From contig CAVUMN010000004.1 of NCBI GenBank assembly GCA_963742735.1, forward strand, positions 1,504,001-1,568,000: a stretch of DNA of 64,000 nt, given 5' to 3'. How positions within the stretch are numbered: the first letter of the stretch is position 1; each line of letters begins with the position of its first letter. Of this stretch, positions 9,089 to 19,830 are shown in pieces. The notes under the pieces were generated by a model that was given only the letters and a program-made list of their open reading frames with translations, made no database searches and was not told the DNA's origin. The translations under genes were made by a program, and so were the position numbers. This DNA comes from an uncultured Actinomycetes bacterium (GTDB lineage Bacteria; Actinomycetota; UBA4738; JBBDTT01).

Positions 9089-10971
9089 GGACGGTCCTGA
9101 GCCGCCGCTGGTCCCGGTACCTGGTCTTGGCCGGCGTCCTCGCCGTCGCGCCGCCGCTGCTCTCCGCGGTCGCGCCGAACCTGTTCACCGAGCCCCGGGC
9201 GCTGACCCTGGGGATCGGGGTCTGCTACGCGGCGGGGGCCATTGCCCTGAACCTGCTGATGGGCTACGCCGGGCAGATCTCCCTGGGCCACGCGGCGCTG
9301 CTCGGCGTGGGGGCGTTCACGAGCGGCGCGTTGACCTACCGATTCGTGGAGGGGCCGATGCTGTTCGGCGTCCTCGGGGCGGCCCTCCTCGGCGGGCTGG
9401 TCGCGTTCCTGGTGGGGCTGCCGGCGCTGCGGCTGCGGGGCCTGTATCTGGCCGCGGTGACCATCGCGTTCGGGCTGATGATGACCGAGTCGGTGTTCCG
9501 GTGGAAGACGATCACCGGCGGCTCCGCGGGGATGCGAATCCCGCGCCCGTGGATCGGCGAGCACTACTTCCTGAAGAACGCGGAGTACCTGTCGATCGTC
9601 CTGGTGCTGTTCCTGGTGATCTGGGCGATCGACGCGAACGTGGTGCGCACCAAGTTCGGCCGGGCGTTCCGAGCGATCCGGGAGAGCGAGGAGGTCGCCC
9701 AGTCGTTCGGGGTGGGCGTCGCCCGGTACAAGCTGACCGCGTTCGTCATGTCGGGCGCGCTCGCCGGGGTGTCCGGCGCGATGTTCGGACACCTGGTCGG
9801 CTTCGTCGAGGCGCGCTCGTTCACGTACACGCTGTCGCTGACCCTGGTGGTGATGGTGGTGGTCGGCGGGCTCGGGAGCCGCGTCGGCGTGGTCGTCGCC
9901 GCGCTCGGGTTCACGATCCTGCCGCGCATCTTCTCGTTCCTGAACGGGTGGGATCAGCTGATCGGGGCCGCCCTGCTGATCGACGTGATGGCGCGGCACC
10001 CCGGCGGGTTCGCCGAGGTGTTCCGGGAGGCGAAGGAGCGGCGGCTGGCGAAGGCCGGCGAGGCCTCGCCCGAGGCCGAGCAGCCGGCCATCCCCCGGTT
10101 CGCCACGCTCGGGCCGCCCGAGGGGGCGGAGCCCAGCCCCGTCCTGCCCGGCGACCCGCTGCTGCAGGTCCAGGGGGTCAGCGTGCGGTTCGGCGGTCTG
10201 CAGGCCCTCGACGCCGCATCGATCGAGGTCCCGAAGCGGGCCATCGTGGGGCTGATCGGGCCGAACGGCGCCGGCAAGAGCACGCTGTTCAACGCGATCT
10301 CCGGGTTCGTCCGCCCCGAGTCCGGGACGATCCGGCTGCGCGGCCGGGAGATCCAGGACGCGGCCCCCGACGTGCGGGCCCGCATGGGGATCGGCCGGAC
10401 CTTCCAGCTGATCGGCCTGGCCAAGTCGCAGTCGGTCCGCGAGAACCTGCTCCTGGCGCAGCACCAGCTGGCCGTCTACGGGGTTCCCGGCGCGCTGGCC
10501 TACGCGCCCTGGACGGCGTACGACGAGCGCGTGCTCGCCGAGCGGGCGGACCGCAGCATCGAGGCTCTGGGGTTCGAGCGGTACGCGCACACGCCGGTCG
10601 GCAAGCTCTCCCACGGCCAGCAGCGCATCGTGGAGATGGCCTGCGCGCTGGTGACCGACCCGGAGATCCTGCTCCTGGACGAGCCGTCCGCGGGCATGGC
10701 GCCCGGGGCGGTCGAGAACCTGGCGGAGCGGCTGTCCGAGGTCCGCGCCGGCCTGGACAAGACGATCCTGCTCATCGAGCACAACATCCCGCTGGTCCTG
10801 GACGTGTGCGACTACATCTACGTTCTGAACTTCGGCGAGATCCTTGCCGAGGGGACCACCGAGGACATCGCGCGGCGTCCCGACGTCATCGCGGCGTACT
10901 TCGGCGAGGCCGGCTCGGCGCCGGAGGCTTCGCCGGTTCCCCGCCGCCGGGCGAAGGCGGGCGCGCGATGA
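9085..10971 (+). CDS. Fused LivM permease / LivG ATP-binding protein
   Basis: GYAGQISLGH and LRGLYLA in the permease part, then Walker A GPNGAGKS and LLLDEP. Confidence 0.9.
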   Translation: MRTVLSRRWSRYLVLAGVLAVAPPLLSAVAPNLFTEPRALTLGIGVCYAAGAIALNLLMGYAGQISLGHAALLGVGAFTSGALTYRFVEGPMLFGVLGAALLGGLVAFLVGLPALRLRGLYLAAVTIAFGLMMTESVFRWKTITGGSAGMRIPRPWIGEHYFLKNAEYLSIVLVLFLVIWAIDANVVRTKFGRAFRAIRESEEVAQSFGVGVARYKLTAFVMSGALAGVSGAMFGHLVGFVEARSFTYTLSLTLVVMVVVGGLGSRVGVVVAALGFTILPRIFSFLNGWDQLIGAALLIDVMARHPGGFAEVFREAKERRLAKAGEASPEAEQPAIPRFATLGPPEGAEPSPVLPGDPLLQVQGVSVRFGGLQALDAASIEVPKRAIVGLIGPNGAGKSTLFNAISGFVRPESGTIRLRGREIQDAAPDVRARMGIGRTFQLIGLAKSQSVRENLLLAQHQLAVYGVPGALAYAPWTAYDERVLAERADRSIEALGFERYAHTPVGKLSHGQQRIVEMACALVTDPEILLLDEPSAGMAPGAVENLAERLSEVRAGLDKTILLIEHNIPLVLDVCDYIYVLNFGEILAEGTTEDIARRPDVIAAYFGEAGSAPEASPVPRRRAKAGAR

Positions 10972-11813
10972 GCGGCGGAAACGGGAAGGAGCCCACCCTG
11001 CTCCTCGACGTCGATGGGATCGTGGCCGGGTTCGGCTCGAACACCGTCCTGCACGGCTGCTCGTACTCCGTCCGCGAGGGGGAGATCGCCGCGGTCCTCG
11101 GGCTGAACGGAGCCGGCAAGAGCGTCTCGGCGAAGGTCGTGGCCGGGATCGTTCCCGCCCGCGGCGGCGCGATCCGGTTCCGGGGCGCCGACGTGACCCG
11201 CATCCCGGCCGAGCTCCGCGTGGCCGCCGGGATGGGCCACGTGCCGCAGGGCCGCCAGGTGTTCCCCGGCATGACCGTCGAGCAGAACCTGCGCCTGGGC
11301 GCGTACGTGCAGCGCCGCCGGGACCGGGCCCGGTATCCGGCGGTCCTGGACTCGGTCCTCGAGCGGTTCCCGGTCCTGGCCTCGCGGCGCGCTCAGGCCG
11401 CGGGCACCATGTCCGGCGGCGAGCAGGCGATGCTCGCGGTGGCCCGCGCCCTGATGTCCGAGCCGGTGCTGCTGATCGTGGACGAGGCGTCGGCGGGGCT
11501 CGCGCCGAAGGCCGTCGAGTCGCTGTTCGAGACGCTGGTCGAGGTCCACCGATCCGGCGTGTCGATCCTGATGATCGAGCAGAACGTGACGTTCACCCTG
11601 CAGGTCGCGGACCGAGTCCACGTCATGCAGACGGGACGGGTGGTGTACGAGGGCGCGGTCGGCGACCTGGACCAGAACCGCGTAGCGGAGGAGCTGGGCG
11701 TCGGCCGGCTGCTGGGCGGCTCGATCGCCAGGGCCGCGGCCGGGCGGAAGACCTCGGCGAACGGGAAGGCCCGTTCGCGTCCGAAGGCCGCCGCGAAGCG
11801 AACGGGGAGCTGA
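10968..11813 (+). CDS. livF: ABC ATP-binding protein
   Basis: Motifs GLNGAGKS, MSGGEQAML, DEASAGLAP and IEQN. Confidence 0.88.
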   Translation: MSGGNGKEPTLLLDVDGIVAGFGSNTVLHGCSYSVREGEIAAVLGLNGAGKSVSAKVVAGIVPARGGAIRFRGADVTRIPAELRVAAGMGHVPQGRQVFPGMTVEQNLRLGAYVQRRRDRARYPAVLDSVLERFPVLASRRAQAAGTMSGGEQAMLAVARALMSEPVLLIVDEASAGLAPKAVESLFETLVEVHRSGVSILMIEQNVTFTLQVADRVHVMQTGRVVYEGAVGDLDQNRVAEELGVGRLLGGSIARAAAGRKTSANGKARSRPKAAAKRTGS

Positions 11814-11818
11814 GCCGG

Positions 11819-12631
11819 ATGCCCTTCGCGGAGAACGACGGTGTGAAGATCTGGTGGGACGCTCTCGGCGAGGGCGAGCCGGTCTTGCTGATCCAGGGCC
11901 TGGGCTACACGAGCGAGATGTGGCACCGCGTCGCGCCCGCACTCGCCCGCGAGTTTCGCGTGATCGTGTTCGACAACCGTGGCGTGGGCCGGAGCGATGT
12001 CCCACACGGGCCGTACTCCGTGCCGATGATGGCCGGCGACGCCGCCGCGGTGCTCGATGCTGCAGGGGTGGAGCACGCGCACGTCTACGGCACCTCGATG
12101 GGCGGGTCGATCGCCCAGCAGCTCGCGATCCAGTCGCCCGAGCGGGTCCGTTCGCTGGTCCTGGCCGGGACCTACTGCGGCGGGCCGAGCTTCGTCCCGG
12201 TCGACCTGGAGACCTACGAGATGCTGGCGAAGCGCGCGGGGATGGCGCCCGAGGAGGGGATCCGCCTGATGATCCCGTTCATCTACGACCCCGGCACGCC
12301 GGCCGAGCGGATCGAGGAGGACCTGGCGATCCGGCTCCGCACCTACCCGGCGCCCGAGGGCTATCTGGCCCAGCTGGGAGCGAGCCTCTCCGACTGGGAC
12401 GGCTCGGAGGCCATCCGCGAGCTCCGGATCCCGGTCCTGGTGATGCACGGGGAGTCCGACCGGCTGGTCAACCCCGCGAACTCCCCGGTGATCGCGTCGC
12501 GGATCCCCGGCGCGCGGCTGGTGATGCTTCCCAACGCGAGCCACATCTACGCCACCGACCAGCCCGAGGCGGCGAACGACGCGGCCCTGTCCTTCCTGCG
12601 CGAGGTCTCACGCCGGGAGGTGGGCGTGTGA
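11819..12631 (+). CDS. Alpha/beta hydrolase (enol-lactonase-like)
   Basis: Motifs DNRGVGRS, GTSMGG, HGESD and ASH. Confidence 0.87.
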   Translation: MPFAENDGVKIWWDALGEGEPVLLIQGLGYTSEMWHRVAPALAREFRVIVFDNRGVGRSDVPHGPYSVPMMAGDAAAVLDAAGVEHAHVYGTSMGGSIAQQLAIQSPERVRSLVLAGTYCGGPSFVPVDLETYEMLAKRAGMAPEEGIRLMIPFIYDPGTPAERIEEDLAIRLRTYPAPEGYLAQLGASLSDWDGSEAIRELRIPVLVMHGESDRLVNPANSPVIASRIPGARLVMLPNASHIYATDQPEAANDAALSFLREVSRREVGV

Positions 12632-13230
12632 GCGATCCGCAAGCGGTGGCCCAGAACCACACGTCGCGGCGGCTGGAGGAGGCGGCCCTCGAGCTGTTCT
12701 TCGAGCGCGGCTACCGGAGCACCACGGTCCGCGAGCTCGCGCTGGCCTGCGGCCTGACCCCGGGCGCCCTGTACAACCACTTCCCCTCGAAGGACCTGTT
12801 GCTGCTCTCGATCCTGCGCGACGTCCACGAGCAGCTCGAGTCGATGATGACCGAAGCCCTCGGCGCGGCGGGCGACGATCCGGCCGAGCGGCTGCGGGCC
12901 CTGGTCCGTGCCCACGCGATCTTCCACACCCGGTTCCGCAAGGAGGCCCGGGTGGCGAACGACGAGGTCCTGGCGCTCGAGGAACCCGGCCGCACCGAGA
13001 TCGTCGAGGTCCGCCGCCGCGGCCGGGGCCGGTTCGAGGACGCGATCACCGACGGGATCCGGGCGGGCGCGTTCGAGGTCTCCGACGTCAAGGTGGCGTC
13101 GATGGCCATCCTGAACATGGGCATCCGGATCGCGGCGTGGTTCCGCCCCGACGGCCCGCTGTCGTCCGAGCAGGTGGCCGATCTGCACGCCGACATGGCG
13201 CTGCGGATGGTCGGCGCACCCCGGGCATGA
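12628..13230 (+). CDS. TetR family regulator
   Basis: HTH region ALELFFERGY...GALYNHFPSKD and a WFRPDGPLS C-terminus. Confidence 0.9.
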   Translation: MSDPQAVAQNHTSRRLEEAALELFFERGYRSTTVRELALACGLTPGALYNHFPSKDLLLLSILRDVHEQLESMMTEALGAAGDDPAERLRALVRAHAIFHTRFRKEARVANDEVLALEEPGRTEIVEVRRRGRGRFEDAITDGIRAGAFEVSDVKVASMAILNMGIRIAAWFRPDGPLSSEQVADLHADMALRMVGAPRA

Positions 13231-14747
13231 CCTTCGCGTTCGAGAGCCTCGGCCTGTGGCCGGCTCGCCGGGCCGAGCTCACCCCGGACCGCGTGGCCAT
13301 CGACCAGGGCGGCCACCTCCTGACGTACGCGGAGCTCGAGGACAGAGCGGCGCGGTGCGCGGACGCCCTCGGCGCCTCGGGCATCGGGACGGGGGATCGC
13401 GTCGCGGCGCTCCTCGACAACGGGCACGAGTACGCGGAGGTGCTGTTCGCGTGCGCTCGGCTGGGGGCGATCCTGGTGCCGCTCTCCACCCGGCTGGCCG
13501 CGCCGGAGCTGGAGTTCATGTCGAGCGACAGCGGCGCCACCGCGCTGGTCTACAGCGGGGCGTACGCGGACACCGTCGCCGCGTTCCGACCGACCACTGA
13601 CGTGAAGGCCTCGCTGGTGGTCGGGGACGGCGACGACCCGTCCTACGAGGAGGCCCTGGCCGCGGCGTCGCCGTCGCGCCCGCCGCACCCGTGCGGGTGG
13701 GACGACGTGCTGGCGATCTTCTACACGTCGGGGACGACCGGGCGGCCGAAGGGGGCGATGCTCACCCACGGCAACCACTTCTGGACGAACCTGAACATGG
13801 TCCTGGCCCTGGACCTGACCCAGGACGAACGGTCCCTGGTGGTCCTGCCCATGTTCCACGTCGGCGGCTGGAACGTGAACACCCTCGCGGTGTGGTGGAA
13901 GGGGGGCACCGTCGTCCTGGAGTCCGGGTTCGACGCCGGCCGGGCCCTGGAGCGGATCGCCGGCGGCGTGACGAGCGTCATGGGCGTCCCCACGATGTAC
14001 CAGCTGATGTCCGAGCACTCGGGGTTCGCCGACGCCGACCTGTCGTCGCTGCGGGTCGCGGTGTGCGGCGGCGCGCCCCTGCCCGTCCCGCTGATCCGGA
14101 CGTACCAGGACCGCGGGGTGCGCTTCGTCCAGGGCTACGGCCTGACCGAGGCCGCCCCGAACTGTCTGATCCTTCCTCCCGAGGACGCGGAGCGGAAGGC
14201 CGGGGCGGCCGGGCGTCCGTACTTCTTCGCCGACGTCCGGGTGCTCGACGCCGGGGACGCCCCTGTCGACCCCGGCGGGACCGGCGAGGTCGTGGTCCGC
14301 GGGCCCTCGGTGATGCAGGGGTACTGGGGTCGGCCGGACGAGACTGCCGAGGCGCTGCGCGGCGGCTGGCTGCGCACCGGCGACGCCGGGCGGCTGGACG
14401 AGGACGGCTACATCTGGATCGTCGACCGCCTGAAGGACATGTACATCTCGGGCGGCGAGAACGTCTACCCGGCGGAGGTCGAGCACGTCCTGGGGACCCA
14501 CCCCGCGGTGGCCGAGGCCGCGGTGCTCGGCGTCCCCGACGAGCGGTGGGGCGAGTCGGGCCTGGCCGTGATCGTCCTGCGGCCCGAGGCGTCGGCGACC
14601 GAGGACGAGCTCCGGGCGTTCTGTCGCGAGCGGCTGGCGAAGTTCAAGGTCCCGGCGCGGGTCGCGTTCGCCGAGGCCCTTCCCCGCAACCCGACCGGCA
14701 AGCTCCTGAAGCCGGAGATCCGCGAGCGGTGGGGAGGGGCGGCGTGA
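13227..14747 (+). CDS. Acyl-CoA synthetase (FadD/MenE-like)
   Basis: Motifs YTSGTTGRPKG, GYGLTE, ISGGENVYPAEVE and LPRNPTGK. Confidence 0.9.
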   Translation: MTFAFESLGLWPARRAELTPDRVAIDQGGHLLTYAELEDRAARCADALGASGIGTGDRVAALLDNGHEYAEVLFACARLGAILVPLSTRLAAPELEFMSSDSGATALVYSGAYADTVAAFRPTTDVKASLVVGDGDDPSYEEALAAASPSRPPHPCGWDDVLAIFYTSGTTGRPKGAMLTHGNHFWTNLNMVLALDLTQDERSLVVLPMFHVGGWNVNTLAVWWKGGTVVLESGFDAGRALERIAGGVTSVMGVPTMYQLMSEHSGFADADLSSLRVAVCGGAPLPVPLIRTYQDRGVRFVQGYGLTEAAPNCLILPPEDAERKAGAAGRPYFFADVRVLDAGDAPVDPGGTGEVVVRGPSVMQGYWGRPDETAEALRGGWLRTGDAGRLDEDGYIWIVDRLKDMYISGGENVYPAEVEHVLGTHPAVAEAAVLGVPDERWGESGLAVIVLRPEASATEDELRAFCRERLAKFKVPARVAFAEALPRNPTGKLLKPEIRERWGGAA

Positions 14748-15766
14748 ACCCGTCATACCTGAGCCCGCCGGTTGGACTGGTGGACGTGTCGATCCACGAG
14801 CCGGAGCGGTTCATGACCGCCGACGAGCTCGGGGAGCTCTCGGGCATCCCCGGCGGCGTGATCCGGGAGAAGTTCGGGCTGGAGGGCAAGCGGATCGCGG
14901 GACCCGGCGAGCACGTGAGCGACATGTGCGTCGCCGCCGCCCGTCCGCTGCTCGAGCGCCACGACCCGGAGGAGATCGACGCGGTCGTCTACTTCGGCTC
15001 GCACTGGAAGGACTACTCGGTGTGGCAGGCGGCCCCGAAGGTCCAGCACGCCCTGGGGATCGAGGGGTTCTCGCTCGAGGCGATCAACGTCTCCGCCGGA
15101 GCGCCGGTGGCGATGAAGATCGTCCGCGACCTGCTGTCCGCCGACGAGCACCTCCGCTCGGTGCTCCTGGTCGGCGCGTCGAAGGAGTCCTCGCTCATCG
15201 ACTACACGAACCCGCGGGCCCGGTTCATGTACACGTTCGGCGACGGAGCGGTCGCGGCCCTCCTGCGCCGGGGCCACCCCAAGAACGTCCTGCTCGGCTC
15301 GAGCCTGTTCACCGACGGCGCGTTCTCCGACTTCGTCCGGGTCCCCGGCGGGGGGACCGTGCACCCCGCCAGCCACGCCACGGTCGACGCCGGGCTGCAC
15401 ACGCTCGACGTCTCGGACCCGCAGGCGATGAAGGAGGGGCTCGACCCGGTCACGATCAAGCACTTCCTGACGGTCGCGCGGGAGGCCATGGAGCGCAGCG
15501 GCTTCGGCCCGGACGACATCGACCTGCTCCTGCCGATCCACATGAAGCCCTCGATCCACCAGGCGATCCTGGACGAGCTCGGCGTGGCACCCGAGCGCAG
15601 CGTCTATCTGGACCGCAACGGCCACATGAGCGCGGTGGACCCCCTCTTCTCGCTGGCTCTGGCCCGCGACGCGGGCATGCTCTCCGACGGGGACCGGGTC
15701 ATGCTCCTGGCCGCCGGCACCGGCTACACGTGGGCCGCCTCGGTCCTTCGATGGGGCCCAGCCTGA
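14744..15766 (+). CDS. 3-oxoacyl-ACP synthase III (FabH)-like condensing enzyme
   Basis: Motifs FGDGAVA, PGGGT and LAAGTGYTW. Catalytic positions read Ser (NVSAG), His (IHM) and His (NGHM). Confidence 0.82.
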   Translation: MNPSYLSPPVGLVDVSIHEPERFMTADELGELSGIPGGVIREKFGLEGKRIAGPGEHVSDMCVAAARPLLERHDPEEIDAVVYFGSHWKDYSVWQAAPKVQHALGIEGFSLEAINVSAGAPVAMKIVRDLLSADEHLRSVLLVGASKESSLIDYTNPRARFMYTFGDGAVAALLRRGHPKNVLLGSSLFTDGAFSDFVRVPGGGTVHPASHATVDAGLHTLDVSDPQAMKEGLDPVTIKHFLTVAREAMERSGFGPDDIDLLLPIHMKPSIHQAILDELGVAPERSVYLDRNGHMSAVDPLFSLALARDAGMLSDGDRVMLLAAGTGYTWAASVLRWGPA

Positions 15767-15785
15767 GCTTCTAGACTCACGTCCG

Positions 15786-16190
15786 ATGGGCGGCGTCGTG
15801 GGGCTGCAGGAAGTCGTGCTGTGGACTCGTGACCCCTCGGCCAGCATCGCCTTCTACCGCGACACGTTCGGCCTGGAGCCCATCACCCCTCCCGAGGCGC
15901 CGCGGACGTTCCTCCGCGCCGGCGAGGATATCGCCGGAGTTCCCCAGGTCATCGTCCTGATCCCGCACCCGGACCCCGACGGCGCGTTCCCGGCTGGGAA
16001 GGCCGAGCGCCCGCTGCATCACTTCGCGCTGGTCGTCGACCCGGCGAAGTTCGACGAGCTCCGCGCCGAGCTCGAGGCCGCCGGCCACGCCACCCGCGAC
16101 GGCGTCCATCCGGTCCTGAAGGACGTGCGCACCTTCTACCTGGACGACCCCGACGGGAACGAGGTCGAGGTCATCGCCGCGAATGGCTGA
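15786..16190 (+). CDS. VOC/glyoxalase family protein
   Basis: Motifs FYRDTFGL, LHHFAL and FYLDDPDGNEVE. Confidence 0.85.
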   Translation: MGGVVGLQEVVLWTRDPSASIAFYRDTFGLEPITPPEAPRTFLRAGEDIAGVPQVIVLIPHPDPDGAFPAGKAERPLHHFALVVDPAKFDELRAELEAAGHATRDGVHPVLKDVRTFYLDDPDGNEVEVIAANG

Positions 16191-17588
16191 GGCCCGAGGG
16201 TCGGCGCCGGGACCCCGAGGCCCCGGAGGGGCCCGGGCTCGCCGCGCCGACGTGTGTGTGGTGGGGGCCGGCCTGGCCGGGCTCACCGCGGCCACCCGGC
16301 TGGCGAACGCCGGGATGAAGGCCGTGGTCCTCGAGGCCCGGGACCGAGTTGGCGGCCGGACCTACTCCACCGAGGTGGACGGCTTCCGTTTCGACCTCGG
16401 GGGGCAGTGGATCGGGCCGACCCAGGACCGCATGGCGAAGCTCGTGGCCGATCTCGGGATCGAGACGTTCCCGACCCATGCGCACGGACGCAAGGTCCTG
16501 TTCGTCGGGGACAGGCGTTCCACCTACAAGGGCGAGATCCCGACGATGGCGCCGCACCGCTTGGTCCTGTTGCAGACCGCGATCTCTCGGATCGAGCGCC
16601 TGTGCCGCAAGGTCGGCGCAAACCCCGAGCCGTGGACGCTCCCCGACGCCGCCGAGTGGGACGGCCAGACGCTGGAGTCGTGGGCGCGGCGAAACATCCC
16701 CTCGGCGCCGGTGCGCGGGGTGATGGACGCCGCCGTCCGGACGGTGTTCGGGGCCGAGGCCGGTGAGCTGTCGATGCTGTTCGCGCTCCGGTACCTGGCC
16801 GCGGGCGGAGGGCTCATGCGCGTGGTGGACATCGTGGACGGCGCGCAGGAGACGGCGGTTCGTGAACGGCGCGCAGTCGGTGGCCCTCGGGCTCGCGGCC
16901 GGGCTGGGTAGCCGCGTGGTCCTGGCCGCGCCGGTCCGGACGATCGAGCACGGCGACGGGAAGGTACGGGTACGTACCGACGCCGGCGAGTGGACCGCGT
17001 CGAGGGCGATCGTCGCGGTGCCCCCGGCCCTGGCCGGGCGCATCGCCTACGACCCGCCGCTGCCGGCCATGCGCGACGAGCTCACCCAGCGGTATCCGAT
17101 GGGGGCGACGATCAAGCTGCACGCGCTGTACGACCGCGCGTTCTGGCGGGACGAGGGCTACTCGGGCGAGGCCGTCTACGGCGACGGGCCCATCGCCTTC
17201 GCCGTTCGACAACACGTCGGCCGACGGCGAGCACCCCGCGCTCCTCGCGTTCTCGGTCGGGGCCGCGGCGCGCCGGCTCGGGGCGCATGACGCCGGAGGA
17301 CAGGCGGCGGACGGTGCTCGACCGCCTGGTCCGGGCGTTCGGGCCCCAGGCCGCGGAGCCGGTGGCGTTCGTGGAGAAGGACTGGTCCGCAGACCAGTGG
17401 ACCCGCGGGCTGCCCCACGGGGATCCTGCCGCCGGGAGTCCTGTCGGTGTTCGGCCCCGCCCTGCGCACGCCGGTGGGGCCGATCCACTGGGCGGGCACG
17501 GAGACCGCCGACTGAGTGGACCGGCTACATGGACGGGGCCGTCCAGTCCGGCGAGCGAGCCGCGGCCGAGGTGCTCGCCGAGCGGTAG
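16183..17588 (+). CDS. Flavin monoamine oxidase (several frameshifts, probably sequencing errors)
   Basis: Motifs GAGLAGL, EARDRVGGR, DLGGQW, IHWAGTET and GYMDGAVQSGERAA, spread across frames. Confidence 0.8.
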
Positions 17589-17612
17589 TAGAGGGGGTAG
17601 CCTTTCCACCCC

Positions 17613-19261
17613 ATGGATCCCTTCCTGCAGGACCCGCCCGTCCCGTCGAACCGGTTCCGGACCGACCGCGCGCTGCGCCAGGGCGCTGGAGCGGCTGCTG
17701 GGGCCCGACGCCTTCGCCGAGGCCTCGCCCGAGCTCGACGAGATGGGCGAGCGCGCGTCCGGCGAGCTCCGCGAGCTGGGCCTGCAGGCCGAGAACAACC
17801 CGCCCCAGCACCTGGCGTTCGACGCCTGGGGGGCCCGCGTCGACTGGCTCGAGGTCGACCCGGCGTGGACCCGGCTGGTGGCGATCGCCCAGGAGACCGG
17901 CCTGGTGGCGATCCCCTACGAGGACGCGCTACGGCCTGGTCTCCCGCGTCGTGCAGGGCGGGCTCACCAACCTGTTCGACCCGGTCACCGCCACGGCGCT
18001 GTGCCCGATCGGCATGACCGACGCCGCGGCGAGCGTCCTGCAGGCGCACGACGAGGCGCTCGCCGCCCGCTACGTGCCGAAGCTCACCGCCCGCGTCGAC
18101 GGCGTGGACGTCGGGCCAGTGGATGACCGAGAAGGAGGGCGGCTCCGACGTGGGTCGGACGCGGGACCGCGGCCCGCGACCTTGGGCGACGGGACGTTCG
18201 CGCTGCGGGGGACGAAGTGGTTCACCTCCGCCACCACCGCCGACATCGCGCTGGCGCTGGCCCGGCCCGAGGGCGAGCAGCCCGGGAGCCGCGGGCTGTC
18301 GCTGTTCCTGGTCGAGCTGCGAACCCCCGAGGGCCAATGGAACGGGATCCGCGTCCGCCGGCTGAAGGACAAGTTCGGGACGAAGGCGCTCCCCACGGCC
18401 GAGCTCGACCTGGACGACGCGATCGCCACGCCGGTCGGCGGCCTGGGCCGGGGCGTCGCGAAGATTTCGGGGATGCTGAACATCACCCGCCTGGGCGCGG
18501 CCGGTTCGTGCGTCGCGCACGTCGGCGAGGCGCTCGGCCTGGCCCGCGACTACGCGCGGCGGCGTGAGGCGTTCGGACGCCTGTTGACCGAGCTCCCCAT
18601 CCACCGCGCGTGGATCGCGCGGATCGCCGCCGAGTACGAGGCGATGCTGGCGCTGTCGTTCCGCGCCGCCGTCCTGGTCGGCGAGCGCGAGCACGGGGTC
18701 GGCGACGCCGCGCTGACCCGGCTGGTGACCCCGCTGACGAAGCTGGCGTGCGGCCGCCAGGGCGTGTGGGCCGTGAGCGAGCTCATCGAGTCGTTCGGTG
18801 GCGCGGGCTACGTGGAGGACACCGGGCTGCCCCGCCTGCTGCGCGACGTCCACGTCCACTGCATCTGGGAGGGCACGACCTCGGTCATGGCCGCCGACGT
18901 CCTGCGGGCCCTGGGACGCGGGGGCGCCGAGTCGTTCCTGGAAGACGTCGAGGCCAAGGCCCGCGCCTACGACCACCCGCTGATCGCGGACGCCTCCCGC
19001 GCGGTGCTCGCCGCGCGCGACGGGCTCCGCGAGCTCCTCGCCGAGCCGACCGAGGCCGAGGCCCGCCGGCTCGCGTGGGGCATGGCCCGGACCTACCAGG
19101 GCGCGCTGCTGTGCGAGGCGGCGGGGTGGGCCCTGGACAAGCACGGCGACCGGCGGACGGCCACAGCCGCCGCGCTGTTCACCTCCGAGCCGATGCTCGA
19201 CGACCGCCCGCCCGTCGACGACGAGGCCGACCTGGCCGCCCTGGCGTTCGACGCGGGATGA
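17613..19261 (+). CDS. Acyl-CoA dehydrogenase, AidB/ACAD11-like (frameshifted)
   Basis: Motifs GQWMTEKEGGSDV, GTKWFTS, LKDKFGTKALPTAE, GGAGYVED and IWEGTT. Confidence 0.82.
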
Positions 19262-19806
19262 CCCGGGGCCGCCTGACCGCCGCCCTGGTCGCCGCGGCGC
19301 TGCTGGCGGCCGGCTGTAGCGGCGAGGAACCCCCGCCGACTCCGTCCAGGAACGAGGACCTCTCGGTCACCAGCTCGGCGTTCCAGGACGGCGGGACCAT
19401 CCCGGTCACGCACACCTGCGACGGCGAGAACCTCCCCCCGCCCCTGGTGTGGGCCGGCGAGCCCGAGGGCACCGCGGCCTTCGCGGTCATCGTCAGCGAC
19501 CCCGACGCGCCAGGCGGGGACTTCATCCACATGGTGGCGTTCGACATCCCGGCGACCGAGCACGCTCTGGACCTGGCCGCGGGCTTCGCGGGAGAGATCA
19601 CGTTCGGGGTCAACTCGTTCGACCGGCCCGACTACGACGGGCCGTGTCCGCCCGAGGGCGCCGATCCGCACCGCTACCGGTTCACGGTGTACGCGCTGTC
19701 GCGCGTCCTCGGGCTGGAGGCCGACGTGTCCTATGAGGACGTCCGCGCTGAGATCGACCAGGCGGCGCTGGCCTCGGGGACCCTGGAGGGGCTGTTCGGC
19801 CACTGA
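19258..19806 (+). CDS. YbhB/YbcL (PEBP) lipoprotein
   Basis: Lipobox AAGC; motifs DPDAP, GPCPP and HRYRFTVYAL. Confidence 0.88.
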   Translation: MTRGRLTAALVAAALLAAGCSGEEPPPTPSRNEDLSVTSSAFQDGGTIPVTHTCDGENLPPPLVWAGEPEGTAAFAVIVSDPDAPGGDFIHMVAFDIPATEHALDLAAGFAGEITFGVNSFDRPDYDGPCPPEGADPHRYRFTVYALSRVLGLEADVSYEDVRAEIDQAALASGTLEGLFGH

Positions 19807-19812
19807 GGCCGG

Positions 19813-19830
19813 CGGGGGGACCGCCCCCCG
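19813..19830. terminator. Hairpin between convergent genes
   Basis: CGGGGGG-ACCG-CCCCCCG. Confidence 0.45.

Noticed and set aside
17505-17520. Second selenocysteine UGA in the amine oxidase
   Set aside because: It arises from a +1 indel in ETATEW; no Cys is expected at that position.
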